Shown here piece after piece: positions 52,351-64,000 of a stretch of 64,000 bases of DNA (positions are counted from its first letter, which is position 1; every line of letters starts with the position of its first letter). The position numbers and the translations under genes are program-made. Location of the stretch: NCBI RefSeq assembly GCF_963676685.1, contig NC_092349.1, positions 80,538,001 through 80,602,000 of the forward strand. Reading direction: 5' to 3'. The notes below the pieces were generated by a model. The model did not search any database. It was not told the DNA's origin and saw only the letters and a program-made list of their open reading frames with translations. Source of the stretch: Mytilus edulis (taxonomy: Eukaryota).

Positions 52351-54157
52351 ACATTAGTTATATCATGTGAATTCCACAAAAAGTTCAGGCCAAGATTATA
52401 CTAGATCAGCAATAATGCACGTCATACTAAAATCCGAAATATGTAAATGAACTAAAACTAAACATCATACAAGATTAACAAAGGGCAGAGGATCTCGACT
52501 TGGGACAAGGGTTGGGGTTAAACATGTTTTGTGAGATCTCAGGGGTACATCCCTCCTGTTACCGCTGGGTTTTTTTCCCACCTGTTGTACCGTTTGATAG
52601 ACCAAAAATTTATTTCTTGTAATGTAATGTGAAGAGCATCATTTCCTGAATGTATGATCCATTTGTTTCGGTGAATAGCAGCCAGCTTATAAAACTGAAC
52701 TCCCCAAAGATCAGAATTTGGAGAAAAATAATTTTGTTGTTCTCTCCTATTACAGCCTTTTTGTGTACCTCCTGAGAATATTTCATTGTCAGCACTATAA
52801 CAGTACATGTGTTTTTTATAGTATCTTATCAAATTGATATGTAGATGAAAGTAAACTTCCACACAATTCGAGTAAATGAACAAAAAGTACTGCGTAATTC
52901 CTTTCTGTTAAGTTCTGTCATATTATCTGATAAAATGTAACAGCATAGCCATAAACAGTAACAGGAAGGATGTTCAAGACAATTTCAATGATGAATCAAA
53001 AAGCTAATCTATTATATGTCAACCATTTCATTTAATATAAGATATCAACACCATATTAAATACATTTCAAAGTAATATACAGTATATTGAATGAAAAAAT
53101 ATGTTTTTTACTTTTGATAACAGCAGAGAACATTGTGCAATTCTAGTGTAGTAGATAGTAACAGAACGGAATTTATTTTAGAATTTTTCATTTCCTAGGC
53201 AGATTTTTCATCTGGCAAATACAGTTTCGAAGGATAAATGACATTGTTGTGACCAATCTGAAATGATGTATTTTTCTTAAACTATAAAATAAAGCATTTT
53301 TTTTCAGAAAAAAATCCTTTCTGTTACCAACTCTGTGCTGTTGCCGTTGTCCTGTTACTCAAGATTTTTTCATGTTACCAACATCTCTGACTATATTTTA
53401 GTATATTTCTAAACCTTTTGTATTACAAATGCTAAAATCAATAATTGGCCTTCACTAAACTATTGCAGGATATACAAGTAAACCACAAATAGTGTTTTAA
53501 ACTTATTCCTTATTCCCATTAGAAACTTTTTAAAATTGATTCATTTTGGTTACAGGAAAGAATTGGAATTATTTTGTACCGTTTTTGAAATTGTAATTGT
53601 TACCACATTTAACAATTGTTTGATTTACAGACAACAGTTCCTAGATCTCCAATGTGTGTTCTTCGATTTGTGCTATTAAAATACCGGGTCTAAAGACTGT
53701 TTTTATATTTTTTCTTATTGCCAAAAATTTGATTTTTTCAGATATTGTCTCATTTACATGTCAGCTCCACGCCTCAATTAAACTGATTGAAAGATTATGT
53801 CTTCATCATATGAATGTCAAGCACAATCCATCCCATGAGGGGTTAAGTAGTATACCATCATAAAATATATGACAAGAACATAACCCGTATTATGCCAACT
53901 GGTTTTAAAATATTTTTGTATTTCCGATGCAGACACTATAACATGTATAAGTGAATCAATATTAAAGCCAAAATATGGAATCTTCAAAGACCTGACAACA
54001 GTATCGTAACTAAATTCCTGCTTAACAAGCCTGTTTAAAGGTTTTGTAAGTTTTTGAGGTTAATGCCGCCATTTGTGTGCTTTGTAAAGAATACTGTCAT
54101 AAAAGATTGGATGTGTATTACATGAACGTATAAGATGTCTGCATGTTGATTTATATT

Positions 54158-55484
54158 CAGACTTGGGGTAATTGTAATTGTAATCGTTAATCAGCTGTAA
54201 TTGATTACAATCAATTTTTCATGTAATCATTGTTATCATTAATCAGCCAAAAATCAGTTTACATGTAATTTAATTTAATCAATTACTTTTCAAAATACCC
54301 TGTAATCCTGATTACTTTATGATTACATTCTGATTACAATGAAGAAAAAAATCTAAACTGTGTTTATGGTCAATAAATGAACAATTTTGTTATTCTTATT
54401 TAATAAATGTTTACATGTTAAGATAGTTTGGTTTACTTTATAAAGCTTGTTAATTGATTTGTATACTTCAGTAAAAAATAAACTGTTACAGTATTGAAAA
54501 GTCATCATTTATAGCCTAAGAAGAGACATGTAATAAAATTAGTAAAATATATTTTACTGGCCTTATTAAAAGATATTGTACATATATTCACAATTTAAAG
54601 ATGTACATATATATATTTGATAATAACTGTTATATTCAAGTAATATTATACTTTTCTTTAATCCTGGATTATGATCCTTTGTTAATATTGTGATTTTTGT
54701 CAACTTTGAATTGACATGTAGGTAACCAATTAAGGTTTGTTTTTATTGAAATTTCCAATTGAGTATAGCTGTAGGACAATGAATACGTTAAAAGATTAAT
54801 TAGACATGTGAAAATTTATCTAATTAGCACAAACTAAATTAAAAGTTGAACAAATATCTTGTTCAAGATAAGCAAATTTTTGTATTTTCTTAAACTGGAC
54901 ATGTAAAATGCAATGATTTATAGGACTTGTATTTTGTTTACAATTTGATTAAACAATTTGATTAAAATTTTACATAGTTTTTATCTGGTAACTTTATTTC
55001 ATCCATATTTTAATTTCCATAAACTGCACCTTGAAATACATATAAAGTCTCAAAGAGGTCAGAAGACAAACAGCAAACTCTTTATAATGCCATATTCAAT
55101 GGAGGTCAAAATAATTCAGAGATCAATGCTAATAAAGTGTAATGGGTCATAACCAGTGACACAATGTTCATGTATGTATGTTGTGAACTTTTGTGGTTTA
55201 ATAAATAGATGAAATTTGAAGTTATCATTTTCTAATGTATAAAACAAAATGCTTTCTAAAAAGTGCTTTAGTTGTATCAAATGTTAATTCATTCATATCA
55301 TTCAAAATGTTTTTTTTTTAAATTCATTGTAATCAGATGTAATCATGATTACTTTGCTAATGTAATCATTAATTTAATCAGACACTTTCAGAAATGATGT
55401 AATCATTAATTTAATTTAATCGTACAAATGACAAAGTAATTGTAATTTAATCAATTACATTGAAAGTAATCGGACCCATCTCTG
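54158..55484. mobile_element. hAT-type non-autonomous element
   Basis: Perfect 8-bp TSD tttatatt (54150-54157 and 55485-55492); TIR cagacttggg / cccatctctg; dense subterminal GTAAT/ATTAC repeats at both ends. Confidence 0.88.
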
Positions 55485-55544
55485 TTTATATTTACGAATG
55501 ATTTCATTGTACCGATGATAAAATTCAATAAATGTTTTTGACTA

Positions 55545-58215
55545 GTCGACACAATATGCAAACTACAGAACAACAACGGATATATGCCATCAACGACTAT
55601 CATGCAGGATATCAAAAAATAGTGACGCGCTTACTTTACTAATATGCAATCTCGACATTTATACAATTATTTTCACAATATTCGTCCAAACAATTTTCAT
55701 GACAATATTATTGTACATGTTGTAGTGAAAGACAATTTTATAATTAATTGGACTACAAACGATAAGACATAACACATAATCGAATTGAAACCATAACAGA
55801 AACAGAAACAATAATTCCATGAATGTTGGATGTACAAATCACAGAGACACGCCGCACAGCAATGCAAATTCATATTCAGTAAATAAATTAATAAATAAAT
55901 AAATAATCTTTATAGTTTTTCATCAGCTGAACGTAAGTTATAATTTTGATTATCAGTAAAATGAAAATTTTCTTGTAAATAGTTAGGAACCATACCATTT
56001 AATGATTTAAATACAAGTATTGCCTTTTGGTATTGAATGCGTTTTTCCACATTTAACCAGCGTAAACTATTAAACAATAAACTGGATGATGTAATTATGT
56101 CAGCTTCTACTATAACCCTAGCAGATTTCTTTAATAACTTATTAAGTTTATTTATTCCACTTTCACAACAGCTTCCCCATATATTGCAACAATAATCAAA
56201 TAATGGCAGAATATAAGCATTAAAATAGATAATACGTATATGCATAGGTAAATATTTTCTTATCTTTTGTAATAAATTGATTCTGTTTGATATAGTACAT
56301 GACATTTTATCTATCTGCTGATTCCAATTTAGGTTTTTGTCAATATATAAACCAAGAAGTTTTTCACAATCTACATTTTCTATTTGTTCATTTGAAATAT
56401 TGATATCTAAACTGTTTCCAGTTGAACAAAGTCTTTGTTTTGAACCAACAATCATTGATTTACACTTTTTGGCATTTAATTTCATACTATTTTGCGAACA
56501 CCAGTTTTCAATTACATGAATATCATTTTGAAGGTTAGAAGTTAACTGAAGTAAATTATTACCTTTACAATGTAATGTAGAATCATCTGCATATAAATCT
56601 ATTAATGAATGTTCTATATTAAGTGGTAAATCATTGATATATAAAATAAATAACAGAGGGCCCAGGATAGAACCTTGTGGTACCCCAGTTTTTATGCATT
56701 TAGTATTAGACATGACGTTATTGACCTTAACTTGTTGGCTTCATTCAAACAAGTATGACTTAAACCAGTCTAGTGTACAATTTGAAACATTATAATATTC
56801 AAGTTTTTTCAATAAAATTATATGATTAACCAGATCAAAAGCTTTCTTTAAATCTAAAAATATAACTCCGTTTATCTCTCCATTATCTATATTTGCCAAC
56901 CATTCATCTACTAATTTAGTAAGTGCAGTAGTACACGAATGTTTAGGTCTGAAACCTGACTGTGTAGTATTAAGAAGGTCATTACTATTTAAAAATATAT
57001 ACAAACTATTAGCTATATGTCGTTCTATGATTTTTGAGGGACAAGGCAAAACTGCTATTGGTCTATAATTATCAGGATTACAGGCATCGCCACTTTTAAA
57101 AATTGGGCAAACTCTTGCAGTTTTAAAAATACTTGGAAATTTACCACTTTTGATGCTTAGATTAAATATATATGTCAAGGCTGGTGCAATGACATCGCTG
57201 CACATACTCAAAATATTTGGTCCGACATCATCTAAACCAGTTGCTTTAGACTTGTCAAGTTTTTAAATACATGTTTACATCTAAAATACTCATTTCTGGT
57301 ATAATGAATTTTTCACTACCCGTTTGTAACTTTAATTTTACAAATTTATTGAGTGCATCAAATCTGGCACCATCATCATTATTACATAATTTGTCATCAA
57401 CTATACTTTCAGCAATATTTGTGAAATGCACATTAAATGTATTTGCTATATCAACATCATTTTGAATTACACTATTTTTATATTCTAAATGCGTGATATT
57501 ATTATGTACTTTTTTAGGATTTAGACTTTTGACATACTTCCAAATAGTTTTACTATCTTTACAATTTGAAATAGCATTTTGGAAATATTTTTTCTTTGCC
57601 TGTTCTACTAAAAATGTAAACTTATTACGCCAAATTTTATAATTATATATATCACCAATTCTTTGAAAATAATCTCTTTGGAGTATAACAGTTATATTCG
57701 GCAATATGACAATGATGATATTGAAAGGCAATTTTATAATTATTTGGACAACAAACGATACGACATAATACAGTATTCCACCGAAACCATGGCAGAAAAA
57801 CATAAAAAATAAATACATGAATGTTGGATGTACAAAATATCGAGACACGTTGTATAGCAATGTACATTCGTCCTCAGTATAACAGTCATATTCGGGAAAA
57901 GGTCACGTTCGATACTTATCAGATAACGACATAGATGTTAAACCACAATCTAAGACGTAGTAAAAATGTCATTAGTTAGTTTAGACACAGACACATCGTA
58001 TATATCAACCAATTCGAGATGTTGTATATAAAATTTACGGAGTCAGATTTTTAAACTTTCCTCCTCATAACCTGTTAGGGCAGTTTCTGCGTAAGGAGCA
58101 CACTCCTTTATATGAAGTCAGGAATGTTACTGTAGAGAAATTGATAATCAGGAAGTTGAAATCATTCCGTTTGTCATAGATTTTAGTGTGAAGTCGTCAA
58201 TTTGTGTCAATATTT
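55545..58215 (-). mobile_element. Penelope-like 3' RT end plus tail (host of the LINE at 55882-57681)
   Basis: rc of 57682-58215 matches 33340-33720 and 34456-34580; 55545-55881 matches the downstream duplicated tail unit. Confidence 0.7.
55882..57681 (-). mobile_element. CR1/L2-group LINE RT fragment (5'-truncated), nested in a Penelope tail
   Basis: [47 protein letters not shown]; (TTTA)n tail at 55882-55906; agta duplicated at both junctions. Confidence 0.88.
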
Positions 58216-58729
58216 GTTTGACGTGTTTGACCATTTCATTTTAACATTTGATTGCGACTTCCGTCCTGAATTTTCCTCGAAGTTCTGTATTTGTATTAGT
58301 TTACCTTTTCGCAGTCTATGTCAATTTTTAAAAGTAAACAAAATCAAATACAATGATTTGACATAATAAAAAAAAAAGAAAGAACTATAATATGTAAAAG
58401 ATTGAATACGACTGGCTGTATGAAGTCAGGAATATTGCAGTTGTTATCTATTCGTTAAATGTGTTTGACCTTTTGATTTTTTCCGTTTGATTAGAGACTT
58501 TCTGTTTTGAATTTTCCTTGGATTTTGGTTTTTTTTGTTATTCTATTTCTTGAGTATAAGTGTATGAAATTTAAGCACAAGGTTTCAAACCACAATACGA
58601 ATGTTGGGACAGATTTAGGGTGGTATTGTCGTAGCTGATTTGTAATTATGGGTCAAAAATGTTAAAAACACAAGCATTGTTACTGGTTCATGGAAAATAA
58701 ATTGCTTTGAAGACAATAGATTGAGTATA

Positions 58730-59263
58730 CATATTCATATGATGAAATCATAATCTTTCAATCAGTTTAATAGAAGTCTGGAGCTGGCGTGTCAGTTAAC
58801 TGCTAGTAGTCTGTTGTTATTTATGTATTATTGTCATTTTGTTTATTTTCTTTGGTTACATCTTCTAACATCAGACTCGGACTTCTCTTGAATTGAATTT
58901 TAAATGTGCGTATTGTTATGCATTTACTTTTCTAAATTGGCTAGAGGTATAGGGGGAGGGTTGAGATCTCATAAACATGTTTAACCCCCGCCGCATTTTT
59001 GCCCCTGTCCCAAGTCAGGAGCCTCTGGCCTTTGGTAGTCTTGTATTTTTTTAATTTTAGTTTCTTGTGTACAATTCGGAAATTAGTATGGCGTTCATTA
59101 TCGCTGAACTAGTATATATTTGTTTAGGGGCCAGCTGAAGGACGCCTCCGGGTGCGGGAATGTCTCGCTACATTGAAGACCTGTTAGTGACCTTCTGTTG
59201 TTGTTTTTTCTATGGTCGGGTTGTTGTCTCTTTGACACATTCCCCATTTCCATTCTCAATTTT
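58730..59263. repeat. Abundant interspersed repeat ending ...ttgacacattccccatttccattctcaatttta
   Basis: End fragments also at ~1950-2020 and ~23305-23372; split rc copy at 51655-52541. Confidence 0.75.
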
Positions 59264-60212
59264 ATGTATGGATCTGTATGAAGTTTTAGCTCAAGGATGG
59301 TGGATGTTTTTTTAAGTGTTGTCGTAGTTATTTTGTAATAAGGGACCAAAAAAGAGTCCCAAAACTAATATATTTCCGGTTTGCATACAATCATTTGAGT
59401 CATATCCAGCTTTGTTAGACATCACGTGACTCTTGTGACGTAGCAGGCCGCCCTTTTGGACTCATTTTGTTCCAATTAAAATGCATAGGTGCTTCAATGA
59501 AGTTCAATTTTCCCATACTCTGACCCATTTTCTAACGTTTGTAACTACATCCTTGCTATTTGAAAATAAGTCTGCCTAGAAATGTTGGTTCTGACAGTTT
59601 AATTGTCCTCATTATTTCCCAGCTGCCTCAATGTTTAATATAGAGACCCCAAATCTATCTGTACGTCAAATACAAAAATTCTGTAAATAAAAATAATACT
59701 TTGCAACTCTGAGAATATAAAAACATACCACTGGCAAAATATTCTAATTGATTTATATATGAAAAAAATATTTTCTCAAGTGTGAATTGAAAATAAATAG
59801 TTAACACTGAAATTTATAAGGAAATGTTTTTCATTTTTTTTTCTTTTTTTTCCCTTTTTACTTCATTTAGAAAAAATATATATATTTTCTTTTTAGAACG
59901 ACAAAATTGTGTTCGTCTCGAAAGTTAAAAAAATAATTCCCAGCAATACATGAATTCTCTGTACATTTTAAAGGGGCCCTAGCTGTCAAACTCGTGTTCA
60001 CCGATTTGACACAAAATCTCAAATTCTCATATTGGACTTATAACATACTAAAACGAATATCCTAATATAAAGGGTCTAAAATAAACAATTATAGGTGCAT
60101 AAACTCTAATTTTGTATCAGCATGCTGTGTGAATTTTAGTAAAGAAACCATCTAATTAACAATCAAATTGACCATCCGTTATATAACCCGTTGTAAAGAT
60201 AAACACAGATAT

Positions 60213-61683
60213 AAACTAGAATTGCCATTGCAAGCAATAGCGGATGTCACCCTGGTTCCCCAATTGCCACTAAACGGCAGCCATTTTGATTTTTTTTACA
60301 TCAGTGAATGCAGATATATGTATTACAAAAGATCTTTTTTGACGGTTTTCATAGCGTTATGTACGTTTTTCAATTTTCAACAATTGTGCTGTTTCCATGG
60401 CAACGGCGACCATTTTGAAAATCTGAAGGTAAAATGCAACATCTTTGTTTGATGTTAACCATTTTTGTACAGTTTCACTTAGTTTTGAGCATTTCGATAT
60501 TTTTGCCTTGTTTCCATGGTAACGGCAGCCATTTTGGAAATTCCAAAGTTAAATGCCACATCTAGATTTAACAGACAACATTTCTGTAAAAGTGTTATAC
60601 ATTTTAAAAGAATTTTCAAATTTTTGATATTTTTGATCAGTTTCTATGACAACATCGTAGTTCCAATGAATCTCAAAATCATCCACAGCATGTTTATAGA
60701 GGACAGCTATATTGTATAAAAATATGATGATTAAAGCTTCTGACAATGGTTATTAACATTCTGGTATAGTTCCATTACAATTGGTCCATAAGATTCCGAG
60801 AAATAGTATGGACAAAATGTGTGGAATAATAATAACTAGAGGCTCTAAAGAGCCTGTGTCGCTCACCTTGGTCTATGTGAATATTAAACAATGGACACAG
60901 ATGGATTCATGACAAAATTGTGTTTTGGTGATGGTGATGTGTTTGTAGATCTTACTTTACTAAACATTCTTGCTGCTTACAATTATCTCTATCTATAACA
61001 GTACTTTCTGTGGAAAATTTTATTGAAAATTTTCAAATTTTAAGAAAATTGTTAAAATTGACTATGAAGGGCAATAACTCCTTAGGGGGTCAATTGACTA
61101 TTTTGGTCATAGTAACTTATTTTTAGTTCTTACTTTGCTGTACATTATTGCTGTTTACAGTTTATCTCTATCTATAATAATATTCAAGATAATAACCAAA
61201 AACAGCAAAATTTCCTTAAAATTACCATTTCAGGGGCAGCAACCCAACAACGAAATGTCCGATTCATCTGAAAATTTCAGGGCAGATAGATCTTGACCTT
61301 ATGAACAATATTACCCCCATGTCAGATTTGCTCTAAATGCTTTGGTTTTTGAGTAATAAGCCAAAAACTGCATTTTACCCCTATGTTCAATTTTTAGCCA
61401 TGGCGGCCATCTTGGTTGGTTGGCCGGGTCACCGGACACATTTTTTAAACTAGATACCCCAATGATGATTTTGGTCAAGTTTGGTTAAATTTGGCCCAGT
61501 AGTTTCAGAGGAGAAGATTTTTGTAAAAGTTAACGCAGGACGACGACGGACGACGACGACGACGGACGCCGGACGCCAAGTGATGAGAAAAGCTCACTTG
61601 GCCTTTCGGCCAGGTGAGCTAAAAATAGGAAAAAGAATCGTACAATAACAATATCACCCGACCTCCGTCAGGATGACATAATA
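60213..61683 (-). mobile_element. HINE family 3 (host of the HINE family 2 copy)
   Basis: Minus-strand 5' ttatgtcatcctgacggaggtcgggtgatattg; 3' gggtgacatccgctattgcttgcaatggcaattctagtt (subterminal IR plus hairpin); internal tgtttccatggyaacggc repeats. Confidence 0.7.
60835..61625 (-). mobile_element. HINE family 2, single-unit copy
   Basis: rc of the ends of 14938-16780 (actagaggctctaaagagcct ... ggccaggtgagctaaaaa) with one ~500-bp unit. Confidence 0.85.
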
Positions 61684-63182
61684 AATAGCGAACTCGTGCT
61701 ATTGGATTTTTCTAGTTCTGTTGATTACAAATTATACATGTTATAGGTAAGAAAAACATTGAATCAATCAATAAACCCTTAATTGTTTCACTTTCAATGG
61801 CGACATTCCACTAGCTGATCACGCCTTGTTCATCTCTAGCTGAAAGTTGAACTTTTAATTCCTTGCAAGTGAATTGATCTAGTTGATACATTGTAAGGAT
61901 CACTATAAAATTTTAGCACAAGGTTTCAAACCACATTAGGATGTTTGAGATTTATTATTGTTGGGATTGTCGTAGCCATTTTGTAATTAGTTGTAAAAAA
62001 TAAACGTTATTCATGTTTCCTGAAAATGCTTTTTGTATTTTGTTTGATATATCATCAAAAAATGAATGATTTTTGTTCTTTGATTTGCCTAATCTGACAT
62101 ATTATATTTCGTTTTTTTTTTTTTAATTTTTGGCCCGGTTTTAAACTTGTAGAGATTATGGTCCAAAGTGTCCAAAATTAAACTTATTTGATGTCATCGA
62201 AATAATTGGGTTTCTTTAATATGCTGTATCAACAATGTATTAAGATTTTGGATGTTGGAACATAAAAAGGTGTATGCATGTCCAATTTTGAATTTGTATG
62301 TTCTAAGCCGTAACATTCATTCTGGGTCAGAAACTGATGCTATGTCAAATATCTAATTACAATCCAAATTAAAGAGATGTACTGCACAATTAATAAAAAT
62401 AAAAGTTAGAAGCATTGTTAGGTGGATTTTCTTCAAATAAGAGAAATTGGCTGTACTTCTTTTAACTATTTCATTGCCCTATTCTCGTCCTTAAAGATGT
62501 GTCACGCCTACAGATTTCCATAGCAATTCCTTCCTGTTGCTTAAGTTCGATTTCGCGACGTAATACATTTTTTATTTTAACAATTCGAATTCATCCGATA
62601 AGGCCTAAATTCTATTAATTTGTATGGGTTTGGTTTTAGTAAAATGTCAATTAGAGAAGATATATATATATACATTTGAATGATACTATATTTTTGTAGT
62701 GGTTTCACATATACATGGAAAATACCAAATTTCTTTAATAAAGATTGGATAATAATAAAAATCTGTTATACTAGTAAAGCAAATATTATTTGAACAGCTT
62801 CTTCATGATAAGCATTTGCTACAGTCCAAAATTCGTCAAAAAGTATTTGCATATTCAGTATTTAAAAAAAAAAAGCTGATGATATGGGGTAGGTAGTGAC
62901 TTAGTAGATCGAAACGATACCCCGTCCTGGAATGTTCGTTTACGGGCCCTGATTAACCGTTTGACTCATAAAAGGATTTTTTTTGTATTTAATTCAGTTT
63001 TTAGAATTTTATTCCATCCGTTGCTTTTCTTTCGTCACGTTTAATTTATATGTTACAGCAGATGTAAGGATGTATTGCCAGTGGCAACCGTCAATTCCAA
63101 AAATAGTTTGTTCTGATAGATAGAGACTAAATAAATAAGATATTCATAAGAATAAAATCGAAACGATCGGATTGGTACTTAA

Positions 63183-63733
63183 GGGGGTTTGCGGGTCTAA
63201 ATCATTTATATAGGATTTCTCTATATTTTTCTATAAATGAACTTTATCTTATAGTTAACAGAAAAATAAAATAAAAAAGTGGGGTCACCGTTCATTTGCG
63301 CTCACAGTCTGCCTTCGAAAGAAGCATACATTTTTGTAAAGGTGTTTTTTTTTCTGTTGAAGTAATAGGAGAAATAAAGGTAATATCGAAAAAAAAAGAA
63401 AGAAATTTATTACAGAAATCGCTCAAATTTTACAATAATTTAGTTTAAGTACAGCTTATATATTATATTAAAAAATATAGGTCACCGATGAGTTAAAAAA
63501 GATATTTAAATTTTAAAGCCAAAAAATGGCATTTTTCCACCAAAGGGAGATAATTTGGAACTTTTTCAATGATGTATACATTTTAAAAGTCCTCTGGGGC
63601 CAACACGAATTGTTTGTTTTGAATGATTTTTGTACCATATGATAAGTAACAATTCTACAAAAGGTAACAAATAAAATTTGAAATGAAAAACAAATAATTT
63701 TTTTTTCTGAAATTTTTATACCCTCGAGCCTCC
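63183..63733. mobile_element. TTAA-flanked MITE (Kolobok-like)
   Basis: TTAA|GGGGGTTTGCGGGTCTAAA ... TTTATACCCTCGAGCCTCC|TTAA (14/19 TIR). Confidence 0.75.
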
Positions 63734-64000
63734 TTAATAACACAAATAAACATGTATCAATTACCCGCAAAAAAAGTTTGTTTATAAAAATTAACTCACA
63801 CAATATATGTTGTACCTGTTTGTCTGTTATCAATATATGGTTTACTGATTGACCAGACATATAATCTGGTTCTCTTACCTGTACCACAACTACTAGTATT
63901 GCTCTCCTCTTTAAATAGAACCAGTATTCAACAGCCTCGTTTTAAAACTAGGAAAACACCTTTTCTAATTATAACTTTTGGAAGAAGATAAATTTATTCT

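Noticed and set aside
52539-52883. 114-aa minus-strand ORF
   Set aside because: No recognisable domain, no partner exons, and it ends inside a repeat.
62876-62932. ctgatga ... gaaacg..cgtc hammerhead-like string
   Set aside because: Stem II does not form and stem I is only 2 bp; likely chance.

Overview
AT-rich, intron-containing animal genomic DNA, most likely a bivalve mollusc. Mytilus-like is an inference from the repeat families and hammerhead retrozymes, not a database result. 1-14.3 kb holds 14 GT-AG exons of one + strand gene that splice into a stop-free 2826-nt (942-codon) frame resembling EFCAB5 (EF-hand, GAF-like region and a long acidic low-complexity insert). Its 5' exons lie upstream of the window and its last exons probably fall in the 100-N gap at 14303-14402. 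The remaining ~50 kb contains no identifiable host gene and is dominated by decayed transposons. These include a near full-length CR1-type LINE (SGNH-esterase ORF1; ORF2 with hydrophobic leader, 2A/StopGo motif, PHD, APE, RT), a second CR1/L2-type RT, an RTE-X-like tail, several Penelope-like RT relics, Helentron-type HINEs (one with a 3x500-bp internal array), TTAA-flanked piggyBac/Kolobok-like MITEs and a hAT MITE with a perfect 8-bp TSD. Most notable: (i) 4 of 14 splice donors of the gene are followed within ~50-115 bp by a degenerate copy of their own exon end plus donor ('donor echoes'); (ii) two families of minimal hammerhead-ribozyme retrozymes, one lying sense in an intron with both ribozymes disabled; (iii) a DIEQNPGP ribosome-skipping motif in the LINE ORF2; (iv) multi-level nested insertions. 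No rRNA, tRNA, CRISPR or prokaryotic features were seen.
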